Position numbers and translations under genes: made by a program. The notes beneath the pieces were generated by a model. It did no database searches. It was not told the origin of the DNA and saw nothing but the letters and a program-made list of their open reading frames with translations. This document shows, piece after piece, positions 61,987 to 64,000 of a stretch of 64,000 nt of DNA (positions are counted from its first letter, which is position 1; each line of letters begins with the position of its first letter). Source of the DNA: an uncultured Chloroflexia bacterium (GTDB lineage: Bacteria > Chloroflexota > Anaerolineae > CG2-30-64-16); assembly GCA_963810095.1 (NCBI GenBank), contig CAWEMM010000006.1, positions 1,760,001 to 1,824,000 of the forward strand, written 5' to 3'.

Positions 61987-63276
61987 ATGGACTTACGCGA
62001 ATTCCTGATGTTGGCAGATCAGGCGGGCTATCTCCTGCGCCATGAGGCGGAGGCGGACCCGTATCTCGAGATCGCGCGCCTCGCACTGGCGAACGACGGC
62101 CGGCCGATGTTGTTCGAGCATGTCAAGGGCAGTCCGTTTCGCGTCGTCGCAGGCGTCTGCTCCGATCGCCGCTATTTCGGGCTGGCGCTCGGCGTCGAAC
62201 CGGACCAGGTCATTTTCCGGCTGGCCGAGGCCCTGGCGCGGCCGCAGGAGCCCCCGCTTGAGTCGTCGGGTCCCTGCCAGGAAGTCGTCATGACCGGGGT
62301 CGACCTGGAGCAAATCCCGTTCCTGACGCACTACGCGGAGGATGGGGGGCCGTATGCCTCGTCGGCGGTCGTCTTCATCAACGACCCGCAGACCGGACGC
62401 AACGCCTCCTATCACCGGCTGCTGCGGCTGGGCAAGGACCGGGTGGCTGCGCGGCTGGTAGAACGCCGGGGAACGGAGACGGCGTGGCGCAACTCGGGGG
62501 AAGGCATTCCCGTAGGGATCTGCATCGGCCTGCCGCTGCACGTGCTGTTGGCTGCGTCGATGGCGCCCGCGCCCGGTACGGACGAGATGACGGTGGCCGA
62601 GGCCTTGGCGCCGACGCCGATGGTGGAGCTTTCGAATGGCGTGCGCGTGCCGGCCGAAGCCGAGTTCGTGCTGGAAGGCTGGATCACGAAGCGGCTGACC
62701 GACGAAGGGCCTTTTGTCGACCTGACGGGCACGTACGACTTTATTCGCCAGCAGCCGGTCATCGAGATCCGGCGGGTGACACACCGTCGCGATGCCATCT
62801 ATCACGCACTGCTGCCCGGCCGTCTCGAACACAAGCTGCTCATGGGCATGCCCAAGGAACCGACGATCTTTGCGGAGGTGAGCAAGGTTGCCCGGTGCCT
62901 CAACGTGAACATCACGCCCGGGGGCGCGTCCTGGCTGCATGCGGTGGTACAGATCGCCAAGGATGCGCCGGATGCCGGCAAACAGGCAATTGCCGCGGCG
63001 TTTCGCGGGCACGGCAGCCTGAAGCACGTCTGGGTGGTGGACGAGGACATCGACCCGTTCGCTCCAAACGACGTCGAGTGGGCGGTGGCGACGCGTTTTC
63101 AGGCCGACCGCGGGCTCGTGGTGCTGACCGACCAGCCGTCGAGTTCGCTCGACCCGTCGGCGCACCATGCGCCCGGGCAGAAGAGCCGCACGGCGAAGAT
63201 GGGCATCGATGCGACGGTGCACTGGGATACTCCGGCCGGCCCGTCGGACCCGCAAGCCTACCGCCGCATCGGCTAG
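61987..63276 (+). CDS. UbiD-family prenyl-FMN decarboxylase, probable anhydromevalonate-phosphate decarboxylase
   Basis: RNASYHR, EGPFVDLTGTYD, EHKLLMGMP.EP, VVDEDID and KMGIDAT; directly downstream of mvk. Confidence 0.8.
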   Translation: MDLREFLMLADQAGYLLRHEAEADPYLEIARLALANDGRPMLFEHVKGSPFRVVAGVCSDRRYFGLALGVEPDQVIFRLAEALARPQEPPLESSGPCQEVVMTGVDLEQIPFLTHYAEDGGPYASSAVVFINDPQTGRNASYHRLLRLGKDRVAARLVERRGTETAWRNSGEGIPVGICIGLPLHVLLAASMAPAPGTDEMTVAEALAPTPMVELSNGVRVPAEAEFVLEGWITKRLTDEGPFVDLTGTYDFIRQQPVIEIRRVTHRRDAIYHALLPGRLEHKLLMGMPKEPTIFAEVSKVARCLNVNITPGGASWLHAVVQIAKDAPDAGKQAIAAAFRGHGSLKHVWVVDEDIDPFAPNDVEWAVATRFQADRGLVVLTDQPSSSLDPSAHHAPGQKSRTAKMGIDATVHWDTPAGPSDPQAYRRIG

Positions 63277-63381
63277 AGACGAAGCGGTAACGTGGACGGC
63301 TTTCTTCCCAGTGAATCCTTTTTGGGCACTATTGCGTAATAGAGAGTATTGGGTAAAGAAGCGAGGATCAAAGGACTTAGC

Positions 63382-64000
63382 ATGGGTGGTCGTAGAAGGC
63401 GGCATGATACGGACTGGGCGCCGCTCGTTTTCATGGGTCTGACGGCTTTGCTGACGATGCTTCGCGAGCGCGAGTCGGCCTTCAACGGGACGGCCGACAC
63501 CGGGCGGGCGTCGCATTTCGACGCGCGCGACGTGTGCCGGGCAGCCCGCGAAGCGCGGCACGAAGCGCGGCGTGAGGCCCATCGGGAGGCACACGAAGCC
63601 CGGCGGGCCGCGGGGCAGCGAGAAGACCCCGGCTCGCTTAAGCCGGTGTTCACGCTCGTCGGGCTCGTCGGCGCTTTTGTCGCGCTTGGCGTCCTGCTGA
63701 CAGTGCTCTCGGCCATCGCCTCCTTCGGCGGCGGCGGTGCGTTTCTGGTGGCGTGCGGTTTCCCGGTCCTCCTGGTCGCGTTCGTCATCTGGATGATCTC
63801 GAAGTCGAAGCAGCCAAAGGCGGCGACGGAGTCAGACCCCTGGACGATGGAGGGGACGTTCCGCGAGGTGGGCGACGCAACACAGGCTGCCGGGGCCGGG
63901 ACAGCGGGCGCGCCCGTCGTTGCCGCTCCGCAGCGCCAGGTGGCGGCGCCGGCCGCGCCCCCGCACCAAGCGCCCGCTCATCACGATGCGCCTTCGCGCC
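63382..64000 (+). CDS. Hypothetical membrane protein, truncated by the window end
   Basis: AAGGA RBS; open frame MGGRRRRHDTDWAPLVF... with an R/E/A/H-rich segment and two TM helices. Confidence 0.6.
   Translation, partial: MGGRRRRHDTDWAPLVFMGLTALLTMLRERESAFNGTADTGRASHFDARDVCRAAREARHEARREAHREAHEARRAAGQREDPGSLKPVFTLVGLVGAFVALGVLLTVLSAIASFGGGGAFLVACGFPVLLVAFVIWMISKSKQPKAATESDPWTMEGTFREVGDATQAAGAGTAGAPVVAAPQRQVAAPAAPPHQAPAHHDAPSR

Overview
High-GC bacterial chromosome segment of about 62 CDS, most likely from an anaerobic Chloroflexota (Anaerolineae/Caldilineae-like) genome; the taxon is inferred from gene content and repeat style. It is mostly housekeeping and metabolic: cell-surface glycosyltransferases, comEA, rodZ-rimO, an AOR-family oxidoreductase, ruvB-queA, pgm, a MacAB-like ABC exporter, rex, a 2-oxoacid:ferredoxin oxidoreductase (vor-like) operon, asnS and mvk. 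I saw no rRNA, tRNA, CRISPR array or transposase. About ten single-base frameshifts, some in core genes, look like assembly errors. Signals missed by the ORF track: (1) a selenocysteine peroxiredoxin-glutaredoxin fusion with an in-frame TGA and a SECIS hairpin; (2) mvk paired with a UbiD decarboxylase, suggesting the archaeal-type mevalonate pathway; (3) a predicted CRP-family regulon with TGA-N6-TCA boxes at about -41.5 in three promoters; (4) three families of short palindromic repeats, two built from 8-nt or 9-nt units, mostly right after stop codons and sometimes inside coding sequence; (5) a candidate sRNA with an anti-Shine-Dalgarno tract; (6) a 59-aa zinc-finger microprotein; (7) a BrnTA toxin-antitoxin cassette between aor and its sulfur carrier; (8) several apparently leaderless genes.
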